64,000 bases of DNA from an uncultured Pseudomonadota bacterium (GTDB taxonomy: Bacteria; Oederibacteriota; Muellerivitia; Muellerivitales; Muellerivitaceae). The notes below the pieces were generated by a model that did no database searches, was not told the DNA's origin, and worked only from the letters and a program-made list of their open reading frames with translations. This document shows positions 38,087 through 48,735 of the stretch, in pieces. Where the stretch lies: assembly GCA_963836235.1 (NCBI GenBank), contig CAWIIP010000002.1, forward strand, positions 1,920,001 through 1,984,000. The letters run 5' to 3'. The translations under genes were made by a program, and so were the position numbers. Each line of letters begins with the position of its first letter. Position 1 is the first letter of the stretch.

Positions 38087-38914
38087 TTACTCTTCCGCTA
38101 ATGGGATAGTGACGTTATATCCCTTCGTCGATTTCTTCTCCTTGACCACCAATATCCCATCCAAGGATTTGACGTCCTGGGCCAATTGATCGGACTTCTT
38201 GACGGCAAGTTGAATGGAATTGCCTGAAGCCTTCGACACCTGGACGGGGGCGTTTTCAATTTCATTCGGATGACTGGGAATAAAAAGGGCCACGGTGGTC
38301 TTGGCAACGGAAGCTCCCGTATCAAGGTCGATATGAAATTCTTTTTTTCCCGTAGAACCGCTTACTTTCCAATCTTCCGGCGGGTCAAGGGGAAGGCTTC
38401 GGCGGGCCGATTGGAAAAGATATTCGTGCCGGGAGTTCAACTTTGGTTTGTGGTTCTTGACCACGAGGCGGACGTTAAAAGACATGTCCCCGGGAATGCA
38501 GATTTCGTTGCAAACCAGCCATCGAATATGGGCCGCGAATCGAACAAAGTGCCCGGGTTTCAAGTTGGCTGGGGTCTGGATGGGGACCATCAACACAGTC
38601 TCGTTTGTGTAGCCGTAATCGGCTAAGGAAGGGAGGGTGATTCGCTGGGGAGTGGGCCAAAGGATATCTCCTGCCGTGAAGCCGTCCGGCAAAGTCCAAG
38701 TAATGGAGGGTGGCTGGCCCGAATCCCCGGGGTTTTGCCAGTAAATATGCCAGTCTTTTTGCATGCGGAAATGAAAGCCCACCGTGACGCTGCCCCCCGG
38801 CTGAATGGAGGCTTGTTCGGCCAACAACTCCACTTTTAGGTGGGTGAGGTTTTGTGAAAAGGCGGGAGCTATAAATGATAAAAGGAAAAGCGCCAGAACG
38901 ATTCGTTGAAACAT
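38087..38914 (-). CDS. DsbD N-terminal domain protein
   Basis: WHIYWQNPGDSG, WLVCNEICIP; start MFQRIV. Confidence 0.85.
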   Translation of the reverse strand: MFQRIVLALFLLSFIAPAFSQNLTHLKVELLAEQASIQPGGSVTVGFHFRMQKDWHIYWQNPGDSGQPPSITWTLPDGFTAGDILWPTPQRITLPSLADYGYTNETVLMVPIQTPANLKPGHFVRFAAHIRWLVCNEICIPGDMSFNVRLVVKNHKPKLNSRHEYLFQSARRSLPLDPPEDWKVSGSTGKKEFHIDLDTGASVAKTTVALFIPSHPNEIENAPVQVSKASGNSIQLAVKKSDQLAQDVKSLDGILVVKEKKSTKGYNVTIPLAEE

Positions 38915-39078
38915 TAGATTCCTTGAAAAGAAAACTTTGAAATTGCCATCGCAAGGAGTATCCCCAAATAGGGGATGGTTACGACGAAACAATCGCTCTT
39001 TAAATAAACTTCTGATTATTAAAAATGGGGCTTTCGGCGTAGTTTTACGAACGATGACACAGGGATTTAGACGTCCAG

Positions 39079-39777
39079 TCATTCCATTTTGAGCCGGTAT
39101 CCCACACCCGATTCGGTGACAATATACCTGGGCCGGTCGGGATCGGCCTCTATTTTCTGGCGTAGTTGGTAAACGTAAATTCTCAGGTATTGCACCTGGT
39201 CGCCGCTGGCTGGGCCCCAAACTTCCTGCAAAATCTGTTTTTGGGTGACGACTTTCCCCGCGTGGCGGATGAGAAAGGCCAGAAGGTCGTACTCGTTAGG
39301 AGTTAAATGCACTTCCTTACCCCGAACCGTGACGACCCGGGCGGAAAGATCCACTTTGAAGTCGGGGGTTTCGAAAACTGGGTCCTGTTTCCCTCCCTGT
39401 TTCACCGTCTGGGCGTGCCGAAGGGCCACTCGGATGCGGGCCATGAGTTCCCCCACGTCAAAGGGTTTGGTGAGGTAGTCGTCGGCCCCGGCGTCGAGTC
39501 CCGCGATCTTATCTTTTTCCTTGCCCCGGGCCGTGATGATGATGATGGGTGTGGTGGTCCATTCCCGCAGGCGTTTTACGACTTCCAATCCATCCAGGTC
39601 GGGAAGTCCCAGATCCAAAAGGATAATATCGGGGTTGTGGGATGAGGCTAGGGCCAAACCTTCCTCACCCTTAACGGATTCCAACACCTTGAAGCCCTGG
39701 CTTTGAAGGGTGGGTTTCAAGAAGCGCCGGATGGCAAGTTCGTCCTCAATGATCAAAACGGTTCCGCTGTCAGCCAT
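39079..39777 (-). CDS. kdpE: Response regulator KdpE
   Basis: LDLGLPDLDG, GADDYLTKPF, YLRIYVYQLRQKIE.DP..PRYI.TE.GVGYR. Confidence 0.95.
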   Translation of the reverse strand: MADSGTVLIIEDELAIRRFLKPTLQSQGFKVLESVKGEEGLALASSHNPDIILLDLGLPDLDGLEVVKRLREWTTTPIIIITARGKEKDKIAGLDAGADDYLTKPFDVGELMARIRVALRHAQTVKQGGKQDPVFETPDFKVDLSARVVTVRGKEVHLTPNEYDLLAFLIRHAGKVVTQKQILQEVWGPASGDQVQYLRIYVYQLRQKIEADPDRPRYIVTESGVGYRLKME

Positions 39778-39796
39778 GAATTTCCTCGTTTAAACT

Positions 39797-42493
39797 TTAA
39801 GCTTTTTCTTGGTTCGTCATCAAATCACTTTTCAAGGGCAGCGTGAAACGGAAGAGGGACCCGCCACCCGGCCCATTTTCAGCCGAAATCGTTCCGCCAT
39901 GAATCTCAATGATACCCTTACAAATGGAAAGTCCCAAGCCCGCTCCGCTCTTGGTTTCCTTTTGGGGTCCCCGGTAAAACTTCTCGAATAATCGGGGAAG
40001 ATCGGCTTCGGGGATTCCCGGCCCCCTGTCCGCCACTTCCATGACCAACCGGTTTTCCTTAACTTCCGCCGAGATATCGATAGGGGTTCCGTCGGGTGTG
40101 TATTTGAGGGCGTTGTCCAGGAGGTTCACCAGCACCTGTTCGATCAAAAGGGCGTCCATGGGGACCAAGGGGAGTTCGGGGGTGATTTGGGTGGTGAGGG
40201 AGCGGGATCCCAGCCTTCCCTCAACCCGTGCAATGGCCGATCCGATAATTTCCGCCGGGATATGCAGTTCCTTCCTCAATTGAACCGCGCCCGATTCGAG
40301 TTTGGTCATTTCCAAAAGATTATTCACCAGCCGTTCCAAACGCTCGGCTTCGTCGTGGATGTTTTCCAAAAGATCCCGGCGAGTCGCCGTCGGGAGGGAT
40401 TCCCCGTTATCCAACAGGCTGCTAGCCGAACCGGTGATGGCGGCCAAGGGCGTTCGCAAGTCGTGGGATACCGAACTCAAAAGGGAACTGCGCAGCCTTT
40501 CGGTTTCCACCTGCATCTGGGTTTGCTGCTGCTTTTCCGCCAGCTTGTCGCCGGCCACCGCCAACGCGGTCTGGTGGGCGAAGGCCTCCAACAAGTGCAA
40601 TTGCTCGGGAATTAAAAGTTTTTCAGGGTTGGATGGTTTCACCCCCAGGGCACCCACCGGAGCGCCGGAGGCCAACAAGGGTACGTAAAGCGCCTCCGTG
40701 CCGGGCAAAGTGTCGGTGCCCCGGCCCGCCATCTGGCCCAGGTCGAAAGCCCAGTGGGCCACGCCCATTTCCTTGGCGGTCAGGTTAAATTCATTCATCG
40801 CCCCACAATGGACTTTCAGCCGCCCGTTTTCATCGGGTAAAAAGGCGATGACGGAACTTTCAAAGACCTCGGAGATATGTTTGACCGCGATCTCTAAAAT
40901 TTCCTCAGTGCCCCGGGTGGAGGCCAACTCCCGCGACAGGGAGTAAAGGGCGGCAGTCCGCCGTTCCCGAAGGCGGGAAAGCTTGGCCTGGTTCCTGATC
41001 CTTACCGTCAAGTTACTGATAGAAAGGCCCACCAAGAGCATGACGAGGAACATAAAAATATATTGGGTGTCGGATACCGCGAAGGAGAAACGCGGGGGAA
41101 CGAAAAAGAAGTCGAAAGCGATGACGCTTAAAAAGGAAGCCAACGTGGAAGGGCCTAGGCCCTGGCGGTAGGAAAAGGCCAGTATGCCAAGCAGGTACAC
41201 CATAATGAGATTGGCCAGGTCCACTCTCGGAAATAGCAGCCAAGCTACACCGGTACTGATGGCTACCGTTAATAAGGAATAGCCATAACCCTTCCAGTCG
41301 ATGGATCTCTTGGACAGACCCGTTTGGGTCCGTCTTTTCTCTCTTAAATCGGCGATTTCGCCTTTGGTAGCGTAAACATCGATGTCCCCACTAGCCCTTA
41401 AAAGCTGATCCACGGGGGAAGGCTTTAATAGGCTTCGCCAGGAATATTGCGGGGGTTTGCCGATGAAGATCTTGGTGATGTTCCGTTCCCGGGCATAATC
41501 CATGACTTCCTCGGCGAAATTTTGGCCGCTTAAGGTGGCGGTTTCAGCTCCCAATTGTTCGGCCAAACGAAGGTGTTGGATGGCCCGGGTGCGCAATTCT
41601 TCCGAAAGGCCGGCCTGGGAAGGCGTTTCAACGTAAAGAGCTATCCAATTGGAGCGCAGGGATTTGGCCATACGGTGTGCGGCCCGCACCAGATTGGCCG
41701 ATGAGGGGCTGGGGGATACGCAAACCAAAATCTTGTCCGCTGTGGCCCAAGTTTGGGTGATGGCCTTGGTTTTTCGGTAGTCCTGCACCTGGTCATTGAC
41801 ACGGTCAGCGGTAATCCGCAGGGCCATTTCACGGAGCGCGATCAGATTGCCTTTGCGGAAGAAATTTTTGACGGCCCGCTGGGCCGCCTCGGCCATGTAA
41901 ACCTTTCCTTCCTGGAGGCGCTTTAAGAGGTCGTCGGGAGGGAGGTCAATCAACTCCACCTCATCGGCCGTTTCCAAAACCTTGTCTGGGAGGGTTTCAC
42001 GCACGACGACGCCGGTGATCTGGGCCACGATGTCGTTCAGACTTTCCAGGTGTTGGACATTGAGAGTGGAATAGACGTTCACCCCCAGGTCCAAGAGTTC
42101 CTGAACATCTTGCCAGCGTTTCAAATGCCGGGCGCCGGGCGCGTTGGTATGGGCCAATTCGTCGACCAAAAGAAGGCCGGGTTTGCGTTTCAGGGCCCCG
42201 TCAATGTCGAATTCCTTCAGCTTGGCTCCGCGGTATTCCAGTTCCTGGGAAGGAAGAATTTCGAGCCCCTCCAGCATGGCCGCTGTTTCCTTACGTCCAT
42301 GGGTTTCCAAAAGGCCCACCACCACGTCCACCCCCTCGGCCTTTTTGGCCCGGGCGGCTTCCAGCATCGAATAGGTTTTTCCCACGCCGGGCGAGGAGCC
42401 GAAAAAAATCTTCAGCTTGCCCCTTTTTTCCTGCGCGGCTTCCATTTGGACACGGTTGAGGAGCTGGTCGGGATCGGGGCGTTTGTCGTTCAT
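39797..42493 (-). CDS. kdpD: Sensor kinase KdpD
   Basis: GVGKTYSML, VDELAHTN, Usp, four TM, GAF, SHDLRTPL. Confidence 0.98.
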   Translation of the reverse strand: MNDKRPDPDQLLNRVQMEAAQEKRGKLKIFFGSSPGVGKTYSMLEAARAKKAEGVDVVVGLLETHGRKETAAMLEGLEILPSQELEYRGAKLKEFDIDGALKRKPGLLLVDELAHTNAPGARHLKRWQDVQELLDLGVNVYSTLNVQHLESLNDIVAQITGVVVRETLPDKVLETADEVELIDLPPDDLLKRLQEGKVYMAEAAQRAVKNFFRKGNLIALREMALRITADRVNDQVQDYRKTKAITQTWATADKILVCVSPSPSSANLVRAAHRMAKSLRSNWIALYVETPSQAGLSEELRTRAIQHLRLAEQLGAETATLSGQNFAEEVMDYARERNITKIFIGKPPQYSWRSLLKPSPVDQLLRASGDIDVYATKGEIADLREKRRTQTGLSKRSIDWKGYGYSLLTVAISTGVAWLLFPRVDLANLIMVYLLGILAFSYRQGLGPSTLASFLSVIAFDFFFVPPRFSFAVSDTQYIFMFLVMLLVGLSISNLTVRIRNQAKLSRLRERRTAALYSLSRELASTRGTEEILEIAVKHISEVFESSVIAFLPDENGRLKVHCGAMNEFNLTAKEMGVAHWAFDLGQMAGRGTDTLPGTEALYVPLLASGAPVGALGVKPSNPEKLLIPEQLHLLEAFAHQTALAVAGDKLAEKQQQTQMQVETERLRSSLLSSVSHDLRTPLAAITGSASSLLDNGESLPTATRRDLLENIHDEAERLERLVNNLLEMTKLESGAVQLRKELHIPAEIIGSAIARVEGRLGSRSLTTQITPELPLVPMDALLIEQVLVNLLDNALKYTPDGTPIDISAEVKENRLVMEVADRGPGIPEADLPRLFEKFYRGPQKETKSGAGLGLSICKGIIEIHGGTISAENGPGGGSLFRFTLPLKSDLMTNQEKA

Positions 42494-42554
42494 GGAGTGA
42501 TTTTACGGCTCATCGGCGGCCACTGTCCATGAAACGGACCATCAAACTCCTTTA

Positions 42555-42604
42555 TTTTAATTTTTCCCTTATGCCTTGGGACTCCCTCTTAACAGCATCT
42601 TTAT
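42555..42604 (+). promoter_or_regulatory. Candidate KdpE direct-repeat boxes
   Basis: TTTTAAT-N4-CCCTTAT and TCTTAAC-N4-TCTTTAT, 11-bp period. Confidence 0.55.
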
Positions 42605-42651
42605 CCGGTTTCGCCTTATCTTCTCTTCGACGGAAGATGAATGTCATCTTG

Positions 42652-42694
42652 TGTGACATGAATCATAAGTCAATTTGAAAAAGGGGCGAATAAT
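42652..42694 (+). promoter_or_regulatory. Candidate Crp/Fnr box with class II promoter spacing
   Basis: TGTGA-CATGAA-TCATA, then AATAAT at the expected -10 position. Confidence 0.5.
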
Positions 42695-42718
42695 GAATCC
42701 GCCCCGAAGAGGTGTGCC

Positions 42719-42865
42719 ATGACAAGGATATTGTTCCTGCTTAGTCCAATCATTTTCAGCGGGCTTTGCCTCCTGTTGGGGGAGACTTTCAACTGGCTGA
42801 AAAGGAGCCGCGGGGAGAGCGACTTCACGACGAAAATAGTTTTATCCCATCCGAGGAGGAAATAA
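42719..42865 (+). CDS. Small membrane peptide upstream of kdpF (48 aa)
   Basis: GAGGTG RBS; MTRILFLLSPIIFSGLCLLLGETFNWLKRSRG...; stop 2 nt before next ATG. Confidence 0.55.
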   Translation: MTRILFLLSPIIFSGLCLLLGETFNWLKRSRGESDFTTKIVLSHPRRK

Positions 42866-42867
42866 CC

Positions 42868-42966
42868 ATGTTGGAATTCTGGTGTGTAGCAATTTTCGTG
42901 GGGCTGTCCGCGTCGTCGATCTGGCTGATCTACGCCCTGGACGGAATGATGGGGAGTGAACCATGA
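42868..42966 (+). CDS. Small membrane peptide upstream of kdpF (32 aa)
   Basis: GAGGAGG RBS; MLEFWCVAIFVGLSASSIWLIYALDGMMGSEP; ATGA overlap with kdpF. Confidence 0.75.
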   Translation: MLEFWCVAIFVGLSASSIWLIYALDGMMGSEP

Positions 42967-43052
42967 ACCTGACTTACCTTATTAGTGGAATCGTTTCGGC
43001 GTTGCTTCTGGCCTACCTTTTGGTGGCGCTCCTGAAGCCGGAGAAGTTCTAA
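42963..43052 (+). CDS. kdpF: K+-transporting ATPase subunit F
   Basis: MNLTYLISGIVSALLLAYLLVALLKPEKF; typical YL..ALL.PEKF end. Confidence 0.93.
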   Translation: MNLTYLISGIVSALLLAYLLVALLKPEKF

Positions 43053-43133
43053 GGCGGCCTTTCGCCGCCTTGCGGTGGTTCAAGTGAGCCGTCGTTGTTT
43101 GCAAGACGGTTAGATTAAGAATGGAGAATAAGA

Positions 43134-44933
43134 ATGAATACCAATCAATGGATGCAGATCATCATTTTCTTCGTGGTACTCCTGGCCCTGGTAAAACCCT
43201 TGGGAACTTATATGGCCCGGGTTTACGGGGACAAACCCTTCTTCATGGAAAAACTGATCGGCTGGCTGGAAAGGCTGATCTACCGGATTTGCGGCATCAA
43301 CCCGAAGAAGGAAATGGACTGGAAGGGTTATGCGCTTGCCATGCTGGCCTTCAATATCATGGGGGGGATCTTCCTTTACACCCTCATGCGCGTCCAGCAA
43401 TGGCTACCCCTGAACCCGGCGGGCCAGTCCGCGGTCCCGCCCGACCTTTCCCTCAACACCGCCGTCAGTTTCATCACCAACACCAACTTCCAGTTCTACG
43501 GCGGGGAGACCACCCTCAGCTACCTGACCCAGATGTGCGGCATGACGGTGCAGAACTTCGTCTGCGCGGCATCCGGGCTGGCGGTCATGATCGCCCTCAT
43601 CCGGGGCATCGCCCGGAAGGAAACCACCAAGATCGGCAATTTTTGGGCCGACCTGGTCCGGGGCACCCTTTATATCGTCCTGCCCATGAGTTTCATCTTC
43701 GCCCTCGTCCTGCTCCAACAGGGGACGCCCCAGACCTTCGCCGCTTACCCCAGCGCCACGCTGGTCCAGCCGACTTCCTATGACCAGCCGGTGACGACCG
43801 CGGCCGGGGCGCCGGTGACGGGCAAGGACGGCAAACCCGAGACAACGCATGTGGCGGTGACCGAACAGCCTATCGCCCTGGGACCCATGGCCTCGCAGAT
43901 ATCGGTCAAGCAGCTTTTCACCAACGGGGGCGGTTTCATGAACGTCAACTCCGCCCATCCTTATGAGAACCCCACGCCATTGACCGATTTCCTTGAGCTC
44001 ATGGCCGTTTTCCTCATTTCCGTCGCCCAGTTCTACACCTTCGGCGTGATGGTCAAGGACCGGCGCCAGGGATGGGCGCTGATTATCGCCATGTTCCTCA
44101 TCTTCGCGCCGATGTTCTACCTGTGTTTCGCCTCCGAGCAAGGTGGGAACCCGGTCTTGAACAAGCTGACCATGGGGACGCATGGGGAAACTCTCCATGA
44201 CGGCAATATGGAGGGTAAGGAAGTGCGCTTCGGCATCGTCAATTCCACCCTTTGGGCCACGGCCTGTACGGCCACTTCCAACGGTTCGGTCAACTCCATG
44301 CACGATTCCTATACGCCCCTGGGGGGCCTGGTGCCCCTTTGGCTGATTGAATTGGGGGAGGTTATTTTCGGCGGGGTGGGCTGCGGGCTTTACGGCATGC
44401 TGGCCTTCGTCGTCGTGGCGGTTTTCGTGGCGGGGCTCATGGTGGGCCGAACCCCCGAGTACCTGGGGAAGAAGCTCGGGGCCTTCGAGACCAAGATAGC
44501 CTCCATCGCCATCCTGGTTCCGGCGCTCCTGACCTTGATTTGCACGGCCATCGCGGTGGTCTCCGACGGCGGCAAGGCCGGCCCCTCGAATCCCGGCGCG
44601 CACGGGTTCTCCGAAATCCTATACGGTTTTGCCTCCATGACCAACAACAACGGCAGCGCCTTTGCCGGGCTTAACGGCAATACCTTTTATGAACTGTTGG
44701 GGGCGGCGGCCATCTGGTTCGGGCGTTTCTGGATCAAGATTCCCGTACTTGCCCTGGCGGGAAGCCTGGCCAAAAAGAAGGTCGTGCCGGAAAGCGCGGG
44801 AACCCTCGCGACCCATACGCCCCTGTTTATCATCATGCTGATCTCCACGGTTTTGATCGTCGGGGCACTGGTGTTCTTCCCGGCCATGGCCCTAGGCCCT
44901 ATCGTGGAGCATTTAAAGATGCTGAAAATGTGA
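43134..44933 (+). CDS. kdpA: K+-transporting ATPase subunit A
   Basis: FITNTNFQ.YGGE, TNGGG, NSAHPYENP, SNGSVNSMHDS, NNGSAFAG. Confidence 0.98.
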   Translation: MNTNQWMQIIIFFVVLLALVKPLGTYMARVYGDKPFFMEKLIGWLERLIYRICGINPKKEMDWKGYALAMLAFNIMGGIFLYTLMRVQQWLPLNPAGQSAVPPDLSLNTAVSFITNTNFQFYGGETTLSYLTQMCGMTVQNFVCAASGLAVMIALIRGIARKETTKIGNFWADLVRGTLYIVLPMSFIFALVLLQQGTPQTFAAYPSATLVQPTSYDQPVTTAAGAPVTGKDGKPETTHVAVTEQPIALGPMASQISVKQLFTNGGGFMNVNSAHPYENPTPLTDFLELMAVFLISVAQFYTFGVMVKDRRQGWALIIAMFLIFAPMFYLCFASEQGGNPVLNKLTMGTHGETLHDGNMEGKEVRFGIVNSTLWATACTATSNGSVNSMHDSYTPLGGLVPLWLIELGEVIFGGVGCGLYGMLAFVVVAVFVAGLMVGRTPEYLGKKLGAFETKIASIAILVPALLTLICTAIAVVSDGGKAGPSNPGAHGFSEILYGFASMTNNNGSAFAGLNGNTFYELLGAAAIWFGRFWIKIPVLALAGSLAKKKVVPESAGTLATHTPLFIIMLISTVLIVGALVFFPAMALGPIVEHLKMLKM

Positions 44934-44937
44934 AAAC

Positions 44938-45008
44938 CAGTCGTCAGTCGGCAGTCCGCGGTCGGCAGCAAAGACTTCCAAAGCACTTACTGAAAACCAC
45001 TGACTGCC
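44938..45008. repeat. Heptamer-periodic intergenic inverted-repeat element
   Basis: CAGTCGTCAGTCGGCAGTC... and ...ACTGAAAACCACTGACTG. Confidence 0.5.
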
Positions 45009-45021
45009 CCAAGGTGCGCAG

Positions 45022-45288
45022 ATGTTACAGATAGAAAAGGAAATGATCGGACTGCTGATGAAGGGGGCTTCCACCCCGATGGAGAACATCCAGGTTTCTT
45101 TTTTCCTGGTGGCCTGGTCCGCGTTGTTACTGGCCGTATTAAGGATGGTTCAACATGGCGAAGAAAAACAGGGCTTCACGCAAGCTGAAGGTATCCAAGA
45201 ACTCGCGAGGGATTTCGCGAAAAAAACCGGGGCCGAAACGCAAACCAAAGCCCGCCCCCCGGTCCGGCGGAAGGTTAATAGCAAATAA
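45022..45288 (+). CDS. Small single-TM hypothetical protein between kdpA and kdpB (start uncertain)
   Basis: Hydrophobic [16 protein letters not shown] segment, same strand as operon. Confidence 0.5.
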   Translation: MLQIEKEMIGLLMKGASTPMENIQVSFFLVAWSALLLAVLRMVQHGEEKQGFTQAEGIQELARDFAKKTGAETQTKARPPVRRKVNSK

Positions 45289-45334
45289 AGTTTTGATTCA
45301 AGAGTTGCCAGATTCGAAAAGAGGAGAAAAGAAA

Positions 45335-47407
45335 ATGACAGAACACACGAAAGAACGAAAACTGTTTGAGGGCGAGATTACCCGTAAGGCGGTCCTCGAG
45401 TCCTTCAAAAAGCTGAACCCGGCCCACATGGTCAAGAACCCGGTCATGTTCACCGTTTGGGTCGGCAGCGTCTTGACCACAGGGCTTTGGCTGCAAGCCA
45501 TTTCCGGCAAGGGGGAGGCCGCCGCCGGCTTCATTTTCGAGGTTTCCCTGTGGCTGTGGTTCACGGTGCTTTTCGCCAATTTCGCGGAAGCCATGGCCGA
45601 GGGCCGGGGCAAGGCCCAGGCCGACACCCTGCGCAAGAGCCGCCAGGAAGTGAAGGCCAAGAAACTGGCCAAGCCCGAGAAGGATTCCAAGATGAGTGAA
45701 GTCCTGTCCGGCGACCTGCGCAAGGGCGACCTGGTGCTGGTGGAAGCGGGGGATTTCGTTCCCGCGGACGGGGAAGCAGTGGTGGGCGTGGCCATGGTGG
45801 ACGAATCGGCCATCACCGGCGAATCGGCCCCCGTGGTGAGGGAATCCGGTGGGGACCGCAGCGCGGTCACTGGCGGCACCAAGGTCATTTCCGACTGGCT
45901 TATCATCAAAGTTTCATCCAATCCGGGCGAGTCCTTCCTGGACCGCATGATTTCCATGGTGGAGGGCGCCAAGCGGCAGAAGACGCCCAACGAGATCGCC
46001 CTGAACATCCTCCTGGCGGCCTTGACCATCGTGTTCCTCATCGTCTGCGCCACCCTGCTGCCCTTTTCCATCTATAGCGTGGCGGTTTCGGGCTCGGGCC
46101 TGGTGGTGACCGTGACCGTTTTGGTGGCCCTTTTCGTGTGCCTGGCGCCTACCACCATCGGCGGTTTGCTATCGGCCATCGGCATCGCGGGCATGGATCG
46201 CATGATCCAGGCCAATGTCATCGCCATGTCGGGCCGGGCGGTTGAGGCCGCGGGTGACGTGGACATGCTTTTACTTGATAAAACCGGCACTATCACTTTG
46301 GGCAACCGCCAAGCTACCGAATTTATCCCTGCCGATGGCGTGGACATCAAGGAACTGGCTGAGGCCGCCCAACTTTCCTCGCTTTCGGACGAAACGCCCG
46401 AAGGGCGCAGTATCGTGGTTTTGGCCAAGGAAAAGTACGGGCTACGGGGGCAGGAGATTCACGACTTGCACGCCACTTTCGTGCCCTTCACGGCGCAAAC
46501 CCGCATGAGCGGCGTGGATATTGGGAAGCGCGCCATTCGCAAGGGAGCTGCCGAATCCATTGAGAACTACGTGAAAGACCAGGGGGGGAAATATCCGGAT
46601 GACGTGCGCAAGGGTGTGGATTCCATCTCACGCCTGGGTGGTACGCCCCTGGTGGTGGCCGATGGGAAAAGGGTCATGGGCGTCATCTATTTGAAGGACA
46701 TCGTCAAGGGAGGAATCCAGGAACGCTTCGCGGAATTGAGACGCATGGGCATCAAGACCGTAATGATCACGGGCGACAACCCCCTGACCGCCGCGGCCAT
46801 CGCGGCGGAAGCCGGCGTGGACGACTTTTTGGCCCAAGCCACGCCGGAAGCCAAACTGAAGCTCATCCGGGAATCCCAGGCGGGAGGCCGCCTGGTGGCC
46901 ATGGCGGGGGACGGCACCAACGACGCGCCGGCCCTGGCGCAAGCCGATGTGGCGGTGGCCATGAACACGGGCACCCAGGCCGCCAAGGAAGCGGGCAACA
47001 TGGTGGATTTGGATTCCAACCCCACCAAGCTGATCGAGGTGGTGAAGATCGGCAAACAGCTCCTCATGACCCGGGGTTCGCTGACCACCTTCTCCATCGC
47101 CAACGACGTGGCGAAATATTTCGCCATCATTCCGGCGGCCTTCGCGCTGACCTATCCGGAGCTCAACACCCTGAACATCATGCACCTGGCCACGCCGCAG
47201 TCGGCCATTTTGTCCGCCGTCATCTTCAATGCGGTCATCATCGTGTTCCTGGTGCCCCTGGCCCTCAAGGGGGTGAAGTACCGGCCCGCTTCGGCTTCCA
47301 AGCTATTACAGGATAATTTCCTGATATATGGGGTGGGGGGACTGATCGTGCCTTTTATCGGAATCAAGTTGATCGACATGATTTTAGTGGGATTGGGATT
47401 AGTCTAA
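45335..47407 (+). CDS. kdpB: K+-transporting ATPase subunit B
   Basis: TGES, DKTGT, TGDN, GDGTND; start MTEHTK after GAGGAG. Confidence 0.98.
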   Translation: MTEHTKERKLFEGEITRKAVLESFKKLNPAHMVKNPVMFTVWVGSVLTTGLWLQAISGKGEAAAGFIFEVSLWLWFTVLFANFAEAMAEGRGKAQADTLRKSRQEVKAKKLAKPEKDSKMSEVLSGDLRKGDLVLVEAGDFVPADGEAVVGVAMVDESAITGESAPVVRESGGDRSAVTGGTKVISDWLIIKVSSNPGESFLDRMISMVEGAKRQKTPNEIALNILLAALTIVFLIVCATLLPFSIYSVAVSGSGLVVTVTVLVALFVCLAPTTIGGLLSAIGIAGMDRMIQANVIAMSGRAVEAAGDVDMLLLDKTGTITLGNRQATEFIPADGVDIKELAEAAQLSSLSDETPEGRSIVVLAKEKYGLRGQEIHDLHATFVPFTAQTRMSGVDIGKRAIRKGAAESIENYVKDQGGKYPDDVRKGVDSISRLGGTPLVVADGKRVMGVIYLKDIVKGGIQERFAELRRMGIKTVMITGDNPLTAAAIAAEAGVDDFLAQATPEAKLKLIRESQAGGRLVAMAGDGTNDAPALAQADVAVAMNTGTQAAKEAGNMVDLDSNPTKLIEVVKIGKQLLMTRGSLTTFSIANDVAKYFAIIPAAFALTYPELNTLNIMHLATPQSAILSAVIFNAVIIVFLVPLALKGVKYRPASASKLLQDNFLIYGVGGLIVPFIGIKLIDMILVGLGLV

Positions 47408-47427
47408 GAAAAGGAAAAGGTAAGATT

Positions 47428-47533
47428 TACCGCGAAGGCGCGAAGAACACGAAGAAAGTCATTGCGATGAAAAAGAAATACTTGCTTTTGAAAATAGCCG
47501 GTGTTTTCGCGGACTCCGCGTCTTCGCGGTGAA
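47428..47533. repeat. 9-bp-periodic inverted-repeat element
   Basis: ACCGCGAAGGCGCGAAGAACACGAAG ... TTCGCGGACTCCGCGTCTTCGCGGT. Confidence 0.65.
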
Positions 47534-47549
47534 AATTTAGGAGGATTAC

Positions 47550-48143
47550 ATGTTTAAAGAATTAGGAATTCAATTCAGGATCTCATTGGCCGCCATGGTG
47601 TTTTTTACCCTCTTTTGCGGCCTCATTTACCCGGGGGTGGTGACCTTGGTGGGGCAGGCCGTGTTTCCCCGCCAAGCCAACGGCAGCCTGATCGAAGTGA
47701 ACGGAAAAACGGTGGGGTCGGAACTCATCGGCCAGCCTTTTGACGACCCTAAGTATTTCTGGGGCCGGCCTTCCGCGACCTCTCCTTTTGCCTACAACGC
47801 CGCCAATTCCAGCGGTTCCAACCTGGGCCCGACCAATCCGGCCTTTATCAGCTCCGTTAAGGCCAACGTGGACGCCCAGCGCAAGGCCAATCCGGACATG
47901 GCGGACAAGCCCGTGCCGATGGACCTGGTGACGGCCTCGGGATCGGGGCTGGACCCCCACATCAGCCCGGCGGGCGCCGAGTACCAGGCGGCCCGCGTGG
48001 CCAAGGTTAGGAACCTGGCCCCTGCCAAGGTGGAAGAATTGATCGCCCAAAATACCGATGGCCGCTGGCTGGGGTTCATCGGCGACCCGGGAGTAAACGT
48101 GTTGAAACTCAACCTCGCCCTGGACGCTTTGGACTCAAAGTAA
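47550..48143 (+). CDS. kdpC: K+-transporting ATPase subunit C
   Basis: [41 protein letters not shown]. Confidence 0.98.
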   Translation: MFKELGIQFRISLAAMVFFTLFCGLIYPGVVTLVGQAVFPRQANGSLIEVNGKTVGSELIGQPFDDPKYFWGRPSATSPFAYNAANSSGSNLGPTNPAFISSVKANVDAQRKANPDMADKPVPMDLVTASGSGLDPHISPAGAEYQAARVAKVRNLAPAKVEELIAQNTDGRWLGFIGDPGVNVLKLNLALDALDSK

Positions 48144-48176
48144 ACCGTTCGGTACGACGATTGCTGAGGGGGTTCC

Positions 48177-48518
48177 ATGAAAAAAATTGAGGCCATTGTC
48201 CGGCCCGAGAATTTCGAGAAAATCAAAGCCGCGATGGAAAGGGTCGGCTACGACGGAGTGACCCTGACCGAGGTGGAAGGCCAGGGGCGCCAGAAGGGCC
48301 TGGCCCAGCAGTTTAAGGGCTACAAATTCAACGTGGACTTTTTGCCTAAATTAAAAATGGAAATTGTGGCCGCCGACGGCGACGTCGCGAAGATCGTCCA
48401 GGCTATCCTGGGGACGAAGACCGGCGGACAGGCGGGGGACGGCAAGATATTCGTGTATGGTATTGAGGAAGCCTATCGCATCCGTGACGGAGAAAAAGGG
48501 GAAAAGGTTGTTTCCTGA
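48177..48518 (+). CDS. PII-family signalling protein (GlnB/K-like, atypical T-loop)
   Basis: MKKIEAIVRP, GRQKG, FLPKLKME, GDGKIFV, RIRDGEKG. Confidence 0.93.
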   Translation: MKKIEAIVRPENFEKIKAAMERVGYDGVTLTEVEGQGRQKGLAQQFKGYKFNVDFLPKLKMEIVAADGDVAKIVQAILGTKTGGQAGDGKIFVYGIEEAYRIRDGEKGEKVVS

Positions 48519-48735
48519 GGGGAAGTTCCGAGCGGGGCTTGCTTGGAGGGTGGGGATGTCCTTGATGCAAGAGGATTAAATCGGGCTAGGTGCGGAAATA
48601 ATGTTTCCTGCTTTCCGGTGAAGGCCATTTTTTTATTGTTTCTTAATATCCAGGGGTTCCTTCCTAAGAGAATTTTAATCTCTCTTTGTTCTAAGCTTTT
48701 CTTAGATGTTTGTAGTTTAGTTTGAGGAGGGCGAA

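Noticed and set aside
45155-45334. Basic 60-aa N-terminal extension of KdpB
   Set aside because: Overlaps the upstream ORF; the RBS supports ATG 45335
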